A stretch of 64,000 bases of DNA from Cyanobacteria bacterium P01_A01_bin.123 (GCA_039815185.1 JBCBZT010000024.1:1-64000), one strand, 5' to 3'. Counted from the first letter of the stretch, positions 38,949 through 50,388 are shown. Notes: generated by a model not told the origin, from the sequence alone. Made by a program: numbers and translations.

Positions 38949-41471
38949 ATGACTTCTACGCGATCGCGTTCATCGCAATTTTCTCTGGCTGATGGGTGGA
39001 TATTGTTATTGATTTGGCTGTTATCTGCCGCCATACTCATTGCCCGATTATGGCTGGATGTTAGCCCACCGGCTTGGGATCAAGGCGCCCATCTATCTAG
39101 TGCGATGAGCCACTGGCAAGTCCTCCAACATCCTCAATGGGGCTCAGGGGAATGGTGGCGAGAACTCTGGTTGCAGTCTGCGAGCAAAAGGGGGCCAGTC
39201 ACCTATTTGTTAACGGTTCCAATTTTTATCTTGTTTGGCCCAGGGGCTGACCAAGGGGTTTACGTTAACCTGCTGTTCACAGCGATTTTGATCGGCTCAA
39301 CCTATGCTATTGGCCGACGAATTTTCTCTCCAGCTGTGGGGTTATGGGCGGCTGGGCTGTCACTGTTGTCACCAGTGTTAATCGATCTTCAAAAAGATTA
39401 TCTGCTGGACTTTCCGATGACGGCCGTAGTGGTTTTTATGTTCATGGGAATGACCTATTTCTGGTTGGCAGACAAGTCCCTGTCGCGTTGGCTGACAACA
39501 GTCTTGTGGGGAGTTGGCATGGGCTTGACACTCATGACCCGTACCTCTGGACTGCTGTTTGTGATTCCGCCAATCGGCTGGATGCTGGGGGCTAGTCTAT
39601 GGCAGCGTCATTGGTTGCGATTAGGACAGGTCATCCTGGGTGGTGTGATTGGTCTGCTGACGCTTTGGCCATGGTTTAGCACAAGCTGGCTCACTATTAT
39701 CAGCACAACGTTAGAGTCCACTGTGTATGGGGGCATCTATGCCGATGCGCCCCAAGCCAACACGTTGGCTGGTTGGCTATTCTATCCAGAGCGCTTGCCG
39801 CAGATGTTAACGTGGCCCCTATTTTGTCTGGCTGCGATCGCTTGGATCTTAATTGCGATTCAAGTCCTGATTAGTCGAAATCAACCTCAAGGAAGCTTCC
39901 GTCTGATTAAGCTTCAACCTAATAATTGGGGCAATCGCAAAGGTTGGATTTGGCTACTGGTGATCCTTTTGGGCATTTACGTTCTATTCGCTCTGGCGAC
40001 TCACAAGCGGCTGAGATTTATCATTCCGTACCTGCCCATTTTTTGGATTGTGCTCTCCCAAGGGATTGTGACTATTCAAAATCGTTGGTGGCATTTTCTA
40101 CGATGGGGCGCTGTGGGTACGGCCTTAGTTCTAACCATTACTCAGCTTTCTCTCTATCAAAGCTATGCCCGGATGCGCGATGGGAAAAATCCCGCCTGGC
40201 CGAATGAAGCCGTGATTAATGAAATCGTTGAGGCCAGCCCATTTCTGGAAACGACCCTGGGCTTAGTCGTTAACACGGCTCAGATTAATCCCTTCAATAT
40301 GGACTTTTATGGAGCTGTCGCCAACTTCCATGTTTCTGGTCGGCAGCTTTCTAGCAGCCCTAGAACTGTGATTCAAGATAGCCAGGCACTGGATTGGTAC
40401 CTGACAAAAACTGAAGACCAAGGCGCCTACGACACGATTGAAGAAGGTCAACAAAAGTTGCGTGAAACCGTCGAGACGTCAGACGTACTATCACTGCAAA
40501 AATCTTGGACGATGCCAGACGGCAGCGAGTTGCGATTACACCATCGCCAAGCCCCTCCCATCACCGTTAGCCGTTTAGCTTCTGGAGAACAGCAGGGTGT
40601 TTCCTTTGAAAAAGTTGATGTTGCCTCTCAAGTGGCTCAGGGGCAGTCTTCCCCAATTACATACTATTTACGTGGCTCAGGTGCGGCCCTGCAACCCGGT
40701 TTGTTACTGCTAACTTGGCAGCCAGAAGACGCCTCAAAGGCTTCCCTGGCCCAGGAAAGTCAATGGATTAGCGATCATGCCATTGGGTTGGGGTATCTCA
40801 AAACAAATTTAGAGCGTGTTACTGAGCAATCTGATTTCGAAGTGGTAGAGCAATTATCGGTTACACCGCCCGAAAATTTACCCGAGGGGATTTACCATCT
40901 GAACGCAGAGTACCTGAATCGTGACACTGGAGAGCACTATGTCATGAGTGAAAATGCAGCTCAGGTTGAGGTCGTTGCGCTTGGGTCGCAAGCCGAACAG
41001 GACAGCTTTCAAGATCTGCTGACCTATTTGCACATTGAGCTAGCCCCGAACGTGCCTAATGGCGAACTTGACCCCATCTTCAACGAGATAGGTCGGATTA
41101 ATCAGTACGATCCTGAGCAAGATTATTTGTTGCAGGCAGAACGGGCCATGACCTATCGCTTATCCCAGACCCCAAATAATCTAGATTGGCTTTACACCCT
41201 AGCCTTAGCCCAGGTTTTGCAGCAAAAGGCACCAGAAGCAACCGCGACCTTCAAGACCTTGACAGAAGTGGCTCCCGAAAATCCTCACCACTGGGCCTAT
41301 TTAGGCTTTGTCCATCTCTATCGCTGGCAGCCTAGAAAGGCCAATATTGCCCTATCTGAAGCTGAGAAACTACAACCCGACTTACCCAACCTAAAACTAC
41401 TCCAGACGGTCAATGCGGTGATGGGACTGAATATTCCTAAGGCAGTTCGACTCTTGCGTTCGGGGGTTTAG
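38949..41471 (+). CDS. GT-C (PMT/ArnT-like) membrane glycosyltransferase with C-terminal TPR
   Basis: PPAWDQ..H, YLLDFPMTA, many TM helices, TPR-like tail. Confidence 0.85.
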   Translation: MTSTRSRSSQFSLADGWILLLIWLLSAAILIARLWLDVSPPAWDQGAHLSSAMSHWQVLQHPQWGSGEWWRELWLQSASKRGPVTYLLTVPIFILFGPGADQGVYVNLLFTAILIGSTYAIGRRIFSPAVGLWAAGLSLLSPVLIDLQKDYLLDFPMTAVVVFMFMGMTYFWLADKSLSRWLTTVLWGVGMGLTLMTRTSGLLFVIPPIGWMLGASLWQRHWLRLGQVILGGVIGLLTLWPWFSTSWLTIISTTLESTVYGGIYADAPQANTLAGWLFYPERLPQMLTWPLFCLAAIAWILIAIQVLISRNQPQGSFRLIKLQPNNWGNRKGWIWLLVILLGIYVLFALATHKRLRFIIPYLPIFWIVLSQGIVTIQNRWWHFLRWGAVGTALVLTITQLSLYQSYARMRDGKNPAWPNEAVINEIVEASPFLETTLGLVVNTAQINPFNMDFYGAVANFHVSGRQLSSSPRTVIQDSQALDWYLTKTEDQGAYDTIEEGQQKLRETVETSDVLSLQKSWTMPDGSELRLHHRQAPPITVSRLASGEQQGVSFEKVDVASQVAQGQSSPITYYLRGSGAALQPGLLLLTWQPEDASKASLAQESQWISDHAIGLGYLKTNLERVTEQSDFEVVEQLSVTPPENLPEGIYHLNAEYLNRDTGEHYVMSENAAQVEVVALGSQAEQDSFQDLLTYLHIELAPNVPNGELDPIFNEIGRINQYDPEQDYLLQAERAMTYRLSQTPNNLDWLYTLALAQVLQQKAPEATATFKTLTEVAPENPHHWAYLGFVHLYRWQPRKANIALSEAEKLQPDLPNLKLLQTVNAVMGLNIPKAVRLLRSGV

Positions 41472-41676
41472 ATCAGCCAGTGCGTCCAAGGTCTAGTTTT
41501 AGAGCAAGCCCAAGCACGCGGTTAATCCAGGATTTGCAACCGTAACAGGGCTTTATTGACGCCCATGGGCTTTTCCCCTTGTGATTACATTTGCTGAGAA
41601 TTTGCGTACCCTTGGACGTAACGATAACCTGCACGAAGTGTTTGGATCACTTTAAAGTTCTTGGTTGAGGTGCACT

Positions 41677-44421
41677 ATGACTCATGCATCAAATTCTTCC
41701 GATTCTGTCCCGGAGCAAGCGTTGGAGACAAGGCTTAAGCAAGCGCTTACAGCGCTTAAACAGGAGGACTATGCTGCCGCGATCGCGCAACTGACGCCCT
41801 TAGAACACAACTCAGCTGCTGCCATTAGCTTAAAGGCTCAGGTGGGATTGGTGAAAGCTTACATGGGGCAAGGTAAATACTCTGCTGCGATCGCCAAATG
41901 TCAACCCCTCACCCAAAGTGACAATATTCAGGTTCAAACCTGGGCCAGAAAAATGCTGGGCGATTTAGGCGATTTAACTGGGACAGAAACTGCGTCCCCT
42001 GATCAGCCTGACCAAACTGCCACAACTCCAGAGACCGCCCTCGACAACCCAGAACGCGATAGTCGATCTGCGCCTGGGGCCAGCGGTTTCGTGATCGTAA
42101 CGCCACCGAAGCAATCCAGTGGTTTTGTCCCGCTGGATGCTCACCCAGAGCCCAGCGATAGTCAGCCCAGTGGTTCCGATTCAACCTCTGCGGCGGCGAT
42201 TGAGCCCGCGGTTGATATCCCATCACAACCCACGGCAAGTGGTTTTACACCTCTAGCAGATTCCGGCAATGCGCCACTTGCTGCCCCATCAACCAGCCCA
42301 ACCGGATTGCCGTCGGCGGATAAATTTGCCGATGATGGCTCTAGAGATCAGACTGGGATGGCAACGGGCGGCGATCTAAACCATGGTGCTATCCCATCCG
42401 GTCAGCCCTCCATATTCCATTACAACTATCTGAATCAACCTGCAGGGGCATCGTCTACGCCAAATTCCGATGGACAACTTACCCAATCTCATCCCTCCGA
42501 GAGCGGGCTAAGGGATGACTCGTTGCAGCAATCTGCTGCCCAGGTTGAGCAGCCCCAAACCCTATCTCCTCAGCCTAAAGCACTCCCAATCGCAGCAGAC
42601 AAGACCCCACGGGTACCCGTGCTGACCAATGGCACCTGGCAGTGGGTTTCGACCCAGCGGCTTTCAGCTCCCCGACGATTAGCCGCGGCTCAACCTTTGA
42701 AGTTATGGGGAATTACCGCGTTCACTGCGATCGCCTGGTTTTGGATAATACCAGCGATGCTGCACCGAATTTTCTACATCATTAACTGGCTGCTGTATCG
42801 TCTGCGTTGGCCGATTAACCCCCAACCTATTTCGGCTCTCTATAAGACGTATCACTGGCCGATTTTTATCATTTTAGGGACATTAGTGGTGGCCTCTCCC
42901 TGGCTATTTGACTATTTGCTGGGGTGGGCTTATGGTCTTAAATCCTTTTCCACGCGCGGACTCACGCCAAAGAGTGCTGAAGCCGTACGTATCATGCGGC
43001 GAGTATGTCAACAGCGCGGTTGGGAAATGCCAACGCTCAAAACTTTACCTACCTCAATTCCGTTATGCTTTAGCTATGGCTGCTGGCCGCGCTTTGCCCG
43101 TATCGTCGTCAGCCAGGGCATTTTAGATCGCTTCAGCGAAGACGAGATTGCTGCCCTCTATGCCTATGAAATCAGCCACATCAGCCGCTGGGATTGGCCC
43201 ATCATGTCAGGCTTGGGGCTCTGCCTCCAGATATTTTATCTGGGATATTGGCGGTTAGCTTCATTGGGTAACGGATTGAAGCAGCCGCTACTGCAATTTC
43301 TCCTAGGGCTCCTGTCATCGCTGTTTTATAGCGTGTATTGGCTGATCCGCAAGGTCGGACTGTGGCTGTCGCGGGTGCGTATACTTGAGTGCGATCGCGG
43401 CGCAGTTGAGTTGACCGGCAATCCCAATGGTTTAACCCATGCCCTAATCAAAATCGCCCACGGCATCTGCCGCGATATCGAGCGCCAAGGCTATACCGAT
43501 GTTCGGTTGGAGGGGCTCGACTTACTAACCCCCTTGAGCCCTCAAACGGTCGTGGGATTAGGGGGCTTGAAGGAATTGAGTACTTGGCCTCAAGTTCTAA
43601 CCTGGAACCTAACCAATCCCTATCGCCACTGGCTCGACTTCAATGCAGTCAATCCCGCTTTGGGAGAAAGGTTGCAATTACTGACACACTATGCCGAAAT
43701 CTGGCAACTCACACCAGAACTGGGCTGGCTGAGCGATATCGACCTCAATGCTGGGAAAAAAGCAGTTGGCCCTTCGAGCTACTGGCAACCCCTCTTACTA
43801 CAGGGGGCACCCTACTTCGGCCCTTTACTGGGCTTCGCGATCGCGATGACGCTTTGGTTTATTGGCGGCGTCTCAGAGGCAATTGGGGTTTGGCAAATTG
43901 AGTGGTTCTATCAAGATGACACGATCCTTTATGGCGGCATCTTAATGGGGTTGGGCATTGGCACCCTGGTGCGGATTAATCCGTTCTTCCCTGATCTCAC
44001 AGCCAAGACAGCCAAGACTAATCCCAGCGTTGCCCATCTGCAAGATGCTCCCAATTTTTTACCGATAGACAGTGTTGGCGTTCGTCTCCAAGGGCAACTT
44101 CTAGGCCGTCCTGGACTCGCCAACTGGCTTGGTCAGGATCTTCTACTCAAAACCAGCACGGGGCTTATTAAGCTGCATTTTGCTTCGGAGTTGGGGGTTC
44201 CTGGCAACGTCATTACGCCTAAGAAAAAACATCCTGCCAGTTTTATAAAACGCCACTTGACAATAATTGGGTGGTTTCGTCGGGGGGCTACGGGGTGGCT
44301 CGATATCGATCGCCTACAGGTGAAAGGGCAGCCCCTAATTCAAAGTCCTCACCCTATCTTTGCCACCCTAGTGAGCCTAGGGGCAACCTTTTGGGGGATT
44401 TACAGAATTTTTCGGGGATAA
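41677..44421 (+). CDS. TPR plus M48/HtpX-like membrane peptidase homologue
   Basis: N-terminal TPR-like helix pair, disordered linker, IVVSQG.L...EIAALYAYEISH, RILECDRGA.ELTGNPNGL..AL.KI; ATG at 41677. Confidence 0.82.
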   Translation: MTHASNSSDSVPEQALETRLKQALTALKQEDYAAAIAQLTPLEHNSAAAISLKAQVGLVKAYMGQGKYSAAIAKCQPLTQSDNIQVQTWARKMLGDLGDLTGTETASPDQPDQTATTPETALDNPERDSRSAPGASGFVIVTPPKQSSGFVPLDAHPEPSDSQPSGSDSTSAAAIEPAVDIPSQPTASGFTPLADSGNAPLAAPSTSPTGLPSADKFADDGSRDQTGMATGGDLNHGAIPSGQPSIFHYNYLNQPAGASSTPNSDGQLTQSHPSESGLRDDSLQQSAAQVEQPQTLSPQPKALPIAADKTPRVPVLTNGTWQWVSTQRLSAPRRLAAAQPLKLWGITAFTAIAWFWIIPAMLHRIFYIINWLLYRLRWPINPQPISALYKTYHWPIFIILGTLVVASPWLFDYLLGWAYGLKSFSTRGLTPKSAEAVRIMRRVCQQRGWEMPTLKTLPTSIPLCFSYGCWPRFARIVVSQGILDRFSEDEIAALYAYEISHISRWDWPIMSGLGLCLQIFYLGYWRLASLGNGLKQPLLQFLLGLLSSLFYSVYWLIRKVGLWLSRVRILECDRGAVELTGNPNGLTHALIKIAHGICRDIERQGYTDVRLEGLDLLTPLSPQTVVGLGGLKELSTWPQVLTWNLTNPYRHWLDFNAVNPALGERLQLLTHYAEIWQLTPELGWLSDIDLNAGKKAVGPSSYWQPLLLQGAPYFGPLLGFAIAMTLWFIGGVSEAIGVWQIEWFYQDDTILYGGILMGLGIGTLVRINPFFPDLTAKTAKTNPSVAHLQDAPNFLPIDSVGVRLQGQLLGRPGLANWLGQDLLLKTSTGLIKLHFASELGVPGNVITPKKKHPASFIKRHLTIIGWFRRGATGWLDIDRLQVKGQPLIQSPHPIFATLVSLGATFWGIYRIFRG

Positions 44422-44643
44422 TCAACTAAATTCGATTTGAAAACTTGAGTTTCTAGCCGGGGGAGAATCGTGAATCAGCGACGGCTAAAATTCAAGCAAC
44501 ATTGCCATTTAAAGCAGGAAATGTTACCTTTCTTAATAAGAGCTTTGTGCACCTGCGTGACGATAGTCTTTTTGAGAAATCAGTCACAAGCGTCTAAGTC
44601 GGCGTCAGGCATTAGGTTCTCCTACTCTCAACACAGCAAGTTG

Positions 44644-44669
44644 ACCAGCCGTTTATCGGCTGGTTTTTG
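44644..44669 (+). terminator. Rho-independent terminator-like hairpin
   Basis: ACCAGCCG-TTTAT-CGGCTGGT followed by TTTTG. Confidence 0.7.
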
Positions 44670-45131
44670 TCTAACCTGACTTTGATCTAACAGGGTTGAG
44701 CTCTCGTCCAATCTTGAAACAGGGTTTTGGGTTCTTAACTCATTAAGGTAAGCGGACAATGGTTTTTATTTTGTTCCAAAGTCCTCTTAGCCCATTGGGT
44801 TGTGATACCTTAATCAAGGACGCAATAACTTGGTAAGGTTTGAAGGGGAACACTCTGCTAATCCCTCAGTCCATAGCATTAGTCTATGTCATGGTGAGAT
44901 GGGTTTTTAGGGTGGTTCATCAGGGGAGCCTAGGTCTTGAGGACAAAAATTTTGGGGCACACCACAGCGGCTTCTCTACAAAGTTAAATATGTTGAACTA
45001 CCGCACTGAACCATTCAAACTTTCGATCAGGCTCTTGTTGGTGATCTCCTGATTTTTAAGCATTAGATAGGTTGTTTAGCATTTGCCCTCAGGTATGAGC
45101 GTTTTTTTCGTAGAAGCTAGAGGTATCTTAC

Positions 45132-45581
45132 ATGTCTGTTCGCATATACGTTGGCAATCTGTCGAAAGACCTAGAACGCCAAGAATTAGAGGCTCTATTT
45201 GAAGGTGCACCGGAAGAGATTGTCTCTATAAAATTGATTTCAGACCGCAAAACTGGTAAGTGTCGCGGGTTTGGATTTGTTACGGTTAAGACCGATGAGC
45301 AGGCTGATGCTATTGTTGATCGCCTAAACGGTCAGATGCTCCAAGAGACGCCGTTGAAGGTTGAGAAAGCGTTGCCCCGCAGCAAGTCGACTAAGGCGGA
45401 GGGTGAAGAAGGTGGTGCTCCGGCTCCATCCAATAATCGCCGTAAAGGAAATAAAGGCGGTAGCAATAATAATCGACGTAGCACTCCCGCTTCATCTGAG
45501 GCTGCACAACCCGACCCACGCTGGGCAGGTGAACTCGCAAAGCTCAAAGAAATGCTTGCGACTCAGACCGCGTCCTCATAG
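45132..45581 (+). CDS. RRM RNA-binding protein (class with C-terminal PDPRWA motif)
   Basis: IYVGNL (RNP2), RGFGFV (RNP1), QPDPRWA. Confidence 0.93.
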   Translation: MSVRIYVGNLSKDLERQELEALFEGAPEEIVSIKLISDRKTGKCRGFGFVTVKTDEQADAIVDRLNGQMLQETPLKVEKALPRSKSTKAEGEEGGAPAPSNNRRKGNKGGSNNNRRSTPASSEAAQPDPRWAGELAKLKEMLATQTASS

Positions 45582-45727
45582 GTTGATCTCAGCCACATCT
45601 GATTTGGAAACTCACCTGGATTTTAGCTTGAGGGAGAGACGCTTCTAAGCTAGAAGCTCAGAAGCGTCCTAGATCTAGTTATGGCCGGGGTTTATGGTAG
45701 CTACGATCGACTAATGCTCTACCTCTG

Positions 45728-46177
45728 ATGGATGTTCAATTTCGGGAGTGCGACTTCTTCAACCTGTGGCTTTGGCTGAAATTTTCTACTGTTCCTAGTT
45801 CTGTAGAGCGGCAATATGTTGAAGAAGTTTTCAATTCCTGGTTTTTTGTTGGCAAGTTGGGGGGTTTTAACGCCGAAAACTTGCAAGTTCAAGAAACTGG
45901 GTTAGACATTAGCTATATGCTCTACGAAGATCATAAAGCCGACAACACCCTGATGTCGGTCATGCACAATATGGGTGAGGTTCAGTTTCAGGGAGTTTGG
46001 GCTCGCTGCTGGTTCGATTTGGGTACCAGTGACGCGATCGCCTTAGATATTTTGCTCAATGCCTTACGGCAGTTCAGCAAAGACTACGTCACCATAGAGC
46101 GCTTCGTGATTGGCGGCGAGAATGAAGACTGGCCCATTCCAGGGAGTGGGCAGCCCGACTTGTTTGCTGAAGAGTGA
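45728..46177 (+). CDS. DUF3531-family conserved cyanobacterial protein
   Basis: SWF..GKLGGFNAENLQV, MHNMGE..FQG.W.RCWFDLGTSD. Confidence 0.85.
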   Translation: MDVQFRECDFFNLWLWLKFSTVPSSVERQYVEEVFNSWFFVGKLGGFNAENLQVQETGLDISYMLYEDHKADNTLMSVMHNMGEVQFQGVWARCWFDLGTSDAIALDILLNALRQFSKDYVTIERFVIGGENEDWPIPGSGQPDLFAEE

Positions 46178-46183
46178 GATTGT

Positions 46184-47176
46184 CTACCGGAACATGCTGC
46201 TGACGGAACTTTCCTCATGAATGCGCCAAATGGCCTCACCCAATAGGTTGGCAACTGACAGTACTGTCAGTTGCTTGAACTGCCGCGCATCAGACACTGG
46301 AATCGTATTTGTCACAATCACTTCTTCAAAAAGACCGCTAGATAGACGCTCAATTGCCGGGGGCGAAAAGACAGCATGGGTAGCACAGGCGTATACCTGG
46401 CGGGCTCCCTCTTGACGCAGGAGGCGGGCTCCCTCGCAAATGGTTCCTGCGGTATCGATCATGTCATCAACAAGAACAGCCGTTTTACCTTTAATATCCC
46501 CAATTAAATTCATTACTTCGGCCACATTATGGGCCTGGCGCCGTTTATCAATAATGGCTAAAGGCGCATCGTTAAGCTTTTTAGCAAAGGCTCGCGCCCG
46601 TGCAACGCCGCCTACATCTGGGGAAACCACAACAATGTCTTCGAAGTTTTTGCTGGCTAGGTAATCGATGATGACGGGTGAGCTATAGACGTGATCACAG
46701 GGAATATCAAAATACCCCTGGATTTGAGCCGAATGCAAGTCCATTGCTAGAACACGCCCCGCACCTGCTTGGGTCATCAGGTTAGCCACTAACTTAGCCG
46801 TAATGGATTCTCGGCCTGCAGTTTTGCGATCGGCTCGAGCATATCCATAGTAGGGAAGGACTGCGGTAATTTGACGTGCTGACGCCCGACGGCAGGCATC
46901 AATCATAATTAGCAATTCCATCAGGTGGTCATTCACCGGATGGGAGGTGGGCTGAAGCAAATAAACGTCACCGCCCCGAATAGACTCTTGAATCTGAATA
47001 TAAAGCTCTCCGTCAGCAAAGCGCTTACGAACCATTGGCCCTAGGTCAATACCTAAGTATCTCGCGACTTCTTGAGCCAGCGCTATGTTGGATGATCCGG
47101 CAAAGAGCTTAAGTCGATTATTGTCGCCAATCTGAGGCAGGGAAGTTGTTAATGGCAGGGGTGCAGAGCTAATCAC
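46184..47176 (-). CDS. prs: Ribose-phosphate pyrophosphokinase
   Basis: FADGE, PYYGYARADRK, VSPDVGGV, LVDDMIDTAGT. Confidence 0.98.
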   Translation of the reverse strand: MISSAPLPLTTSLPQIGDNNRLKLFAGSSNIALAQEVARYLGIDLGPMVRKRFADGELYIQIQESIRGGDVYLLQPTSHPVNDHLMELLIMIDACRRASARQITAVLPYYGYARADRKTAGRESITAKLVANLMTQAGAGRVLAMDLHSAQIQGYFDIPCDHVYSSPVIIDYLASKNFEDIVVVSPDVGGVARARAFAKKLNDAPLAIIDKRRQAHNVAEVMNLIGDIKGKTAVLVDDMIDTAGTICEGARLLRQEGARQVYACATHAVFSPPAIERLSSGLFEEVIVTNTIPVSDARQFKQLTVLSVANLLGEAIWRIHEESSVSSMFR

Positions 47177-47475
47177 GACAGGCCCTCAATGCATATCAAT
47201 GGAAATCCTAGCATTCTAAATTCAGATCATTAATGAGTAGTTCCACCGAGTCAAGGGCTTGGGAATTAAGCCAATTTAGCCAATGTACAGGTTGACTTTT
47301 GGCCAATTGCCCTAGCAGAGAAAATATAAGGATATCTGCATAACCTCCAGAACAAGGTAAATCTTTAAATTTGTAGACAGATTTGCTGCTGTAAATGGTT
47401 CGGTCTCAATGATTTCGGCCACAACATCAATTTTGGCCACAACATCCCGACGTAATATTTTGGAAGGATTTAGAT

Positions 47476-47871
47476 ATGACATCAACGTTGTTCGCTGGCA
47501 TCCATCACATTGCTATTATCTGCGCCGATTATCCACGCGCTAAGCATTTTTATACTCAGATTTTGGGCTGTCTGGTACTTCAAGAAACCTACCGAGCCTC
47601 GCGAAACTCTTATAAGCTCGATTTACAAGTGCCAGGGGGTGGGCAGATCGAGCTATTTTCGTTTCCGACACCGCCACCCCGCCTGACACGTCCGGAAGCT
47701 TGTGGGTTAAGACATCTAGCCTTTGCGGTGACCGATTTAGACCAGGCGATCGCGGCCTTAAACACCTACGGCGTCAAGACTGAACCGATTCGAACGGATG
47801 ACCTTACCGATCGACGCTTCACCTTTTTTCAAGATCCTGATGGATTACCACTGGAACTATACGAAGCTTGA
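47476..47871 (+). CDS. VOC/glyoxalase-family protein (YaeR-like)
   Basis: IHHIAIIC.DY, SYKLDL, PEACGLRHLAF, DPDGLPLELYE. Confidence 0.92.
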   Translation: MTSTLFAGIHHIAIICADYPRAKHFYTQILGCLVLQETYRASRNSYKLDLQVPGGGQIELFSFPTPPPRLTRPEACGLRHLAFAVTDLDQAIAALNTYGVKTEPIRTDDLTDRRFTFFQDPDGLPLELYEA

Positions 47872-47945
47872 GGCAAGCGTATCCAACCCGATGAAAGGTC
47901 AGGGGCTAATCAATTTAAGGGGTCGATGAAAAATTTGAGGAAAAA

Positions 47946-48257
47946 TCACTCAACCAACCACTCCGAGGCTCGACCACCCAATTCAATCGGAATATTGACA
48001 GCTTTACCCAAGCGGGGACGCTCCTGGGTTTGTTCAATGTAGGCTTGCACTTGAGCCGCATTACCCCAGCCTTCAATATAATTGGCAATCTCACCGAGAT
48101 GGGCCATATACTCAGTTTCGGTCATCGGAAAAGATGCCTGTTCCAGGTAGCGCCACATTACCTGAACGAAGATCTTGCCTTGGGTCTTCCGCAGCTGTAC
48201 ATCAAAGGAGTGGCCCCATTTCTCTAGAATCAGTACGTGTAAGTCTTGTCCAGTCAT
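47946..48257 (-). CDS. DUF3067-family protein
   Basis: MTGQDL..LIL.KWG.S.DVQ, QVMWRYLEQASFP, RPRLGKAV.IP; start at 48257 preferred. Confidence 0.85.
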   Translation of the reverse strand: MTGQDLHVLILEKWGHSFDVQLRKTQGKIFVQVMWRYLEQASFPMTETEYMAHLGEIANYIEGWGNAAQVQAYIEQTQERPRLGKAVNIPIELGGRASEWLVE

Positions 48258-48763
48258 AAACCACATCTGATTTGAAAACTTAAGTTTGAAGCCACGCGCA
48301 ACTCGGGATCTGGCGTTTTCCCACAAGCAAAACGCCAGATCTGGACATGAAAACGATTTAGCTCAAGGAAAACCATGGATCTGGATGTTGCCAAGGCTGA
48401 GCCTTAGCATTGTATTGCCCTAGAAGATAGGAGGATGCCGCGCCGGACAGGGGCGATGTCGAGTTTTGGTGCTATGAGAAAACCGTTACTTAGATTAATA
48501 ATTCCATGCAACTGTATTTCTGATTTTTGCCCCCTCACATTAGTCAGGTTAAGGGCTGAAAACGCCTGATTTTTCGGGGTTGCTTGATCTGGGTCAAAGG
48601 CTGGTTGGCTCAAGCTTCAGTCAATTTGTGTCAAGGCGCGATCGCACCCGACGAAAAAGCCCAGTTAACTCTGCTATCAATATGCTCCATGCTCCATAGA
48701 ATGTAATAATACCAATGGAAAGTCTGCAAACTTCTTTGACAAAGACTCATTTTTGCCTAAATT

Positions 48764-49306
48764 ATGACTCAAGCCTCTGGAAATCCTGATGTCCCTAATC
48801 TGGGTCGTCGCCAATTTATGAATTTGCTCACCTTTGGCTCGATTACGGGCACGGCTTTAGGTGCGCTTTATCCCGTGGTGAAATATTTTCTTCCCCCATC
48901 TAGCGGCAGTGCTGGCGGTGGCGTTAGTGCTAAGGACGCTTTGGGGAATGCCGTTAAGGCCGAAGATTTTTTGAGCAACAACGGTCCTGGCTCACGGACA
49001 TTGGCCCAGGGGTTGAAGGGAGATCCCACCTATTTAGTGGTGACTGAAACGGGCACGCTTGAAAATTATGGCATCAACTCGGTGTGTACCCACCTCGGGT
49101 GTGTGGTGCCCTGGAATGCCAACGAAAGCAAGTTTATTTGTCCTTGCCATGGCTCCCAGTACGATGCGACGGGTAAAGTCGTTCGAGGACCAGCACCTTT
49201 GTCTTTGGCTTTGGCTCATACCGAGGTTAGCGACGATGGCACCGTCATCCTCAGCCCCTGGACCGAGACCGATTTTCGTACGGGCGAAAACCCTTGGTGG
49301 GCCTAG
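48764..49306 (+). CDS. petC: Cytochrome b6f Rieske iron-sulfur subunit
   Basis: CTHLGC, CPCHGS, GPAP, Tat-like RRQF. Confidence 0.98.
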   Translation: MTQASGNPDVPNLGRRQFMNLLTFGSITGTALGALYPVVKYFLPPSSGSAGGGVSAKDALGNAVKAEDFLSNNGPGSRTLAQGLKGDPTYLVVTETGTLENYGINSVCTHLGCVVPWNANESKFICPCHGSQYDATGKVVRGPAPLSLALAHTEVSDDGTVILSPWTETDFRTGENPWWA

Positions 49307-49410
49307 GGTAGACAGCCTTAAACGGGTGGAGTGCTAAATTCTACGGCCGCTCCTAAACCGTTCGATATTTTCCATTTGATCATTATTTCTTTGTTGGCTA
49401 CGTGCGACTC

Positions 49411-50388
49411 ATGAAGACTCAATCCTCAATCGCGTCGGTAGTTAAATGGCTGCGCAAAGGTCTGTTGCTGGCGATCGTAGCGATCGCTGTTTTGTTTGCA
49501 AGTAACTTAGCCTTTCCTCAGTCTGCTGCTGCCTATCCCTTTTGGGCTCAAGAAAACTATGAAAGCCCCCGTGAAGCGACGGGCAAAATTGTGTGTGCTA
49601 ACTGTCACTTGGGGGCTATGCCTACGGAAGTGGAAGTACCCCAAGCAGTTTTGCCTGACAGCGTCTTCAAGGCCGTGGTGAAGGTGCCCTATGACTTAGA
49701 GACTCAGCAGGTGTTAGGTGACGGCAGTAAGGGTGGCCTCAATGTGGGTGCAGTTCTCATGCTGCCCGAAGGGTTTAAGATTGCTCCCCCGGATCGCATT
49801 TCTGAAGAATTACAAGAAGAAGTGGGTAGCACCTACTTCTTGCCCTATAGCGCAGACCAAGAAAATATTGTGTTGGTTGGCCCCGTACCGGGTGAGCAGT
49901 ACCAAGAAATCGTATTTCCAGTACTCTCCCCTGATCCGGCAGCAGATAAATCTATCAGCTTTGGCAAATATTCCGTACATGTGGGCGGCAACCGGGGGCG
50001 CGGTCAGGTGTACCCCACTGGCCAGGCCAGCAACAATGCGGTCTATAACTCAGATGCTTCCGGTACGATTACTAACATTGCTCAATCTGATGGTGGTGGC
50101 TATGCGGTCACCGTTCAGTTAGAAGCGGGTGACACTGTGGTGACTCAGGTCCCCGTTGGCCCCGAGTTGATCGTGGCGGAAGGCGATACAGTAACCAAGG
50201 GAGCACCCCTAACATCGAACCCAAATATGGGTGGTTTTGGCCAAGTGGAGACCGAGATTGTTCTACAAAGCCCTAATCGAATTAAAGGTTTAGTTGCCTT
50301 CTTGGCGGCTGTGGTCATTTCCCAAATCATGCTGGTCTTGAAGAAGAAGCAGGTTGAAAAGGTGCAAGCTGCCGAGATGACTTTTTAA
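49411..50388 (+). CDS. petA: Apocytochrome f
   Basis: YPFWAQ, CANCH haem motif, [17 protein letters not shown]; start at 49402 or 49411. Confidence 0.98.
   Translation: MKTQSSIASVVKWLRKGLLLAIVAIAVLFASNLAFPQSAAAYPFWAQENYESPREATGKIVCANCHLGAMPTEVEVPQAVLPDSVFKAVVKVPYDLETQQVLGDGSKGGLNVGAVLMLPEGFKIAPPDRISEELQEEVGSTYFLPYSADQENIVLVGPVPGEQYQEIVFPVLSPDPAADKSISFGKYSVHVGGNRGRGQVYPTGQASNNAVYNSDASGTITNIAQSDGGGYAVTVQLEAGDTVVTQVPVGPELIVAEGDTVTKGAPLTSNPNMGGFGQVETEIVLQSPNRIKGLVAFLAAVVISQIMLVLKKKQVEKVQAAEMTF

Noticed and set aside
47414..47447. Short direct repeat GGCCACAACATC
   Set aside because: Two copies only; a simple local duplication with no supporting context.
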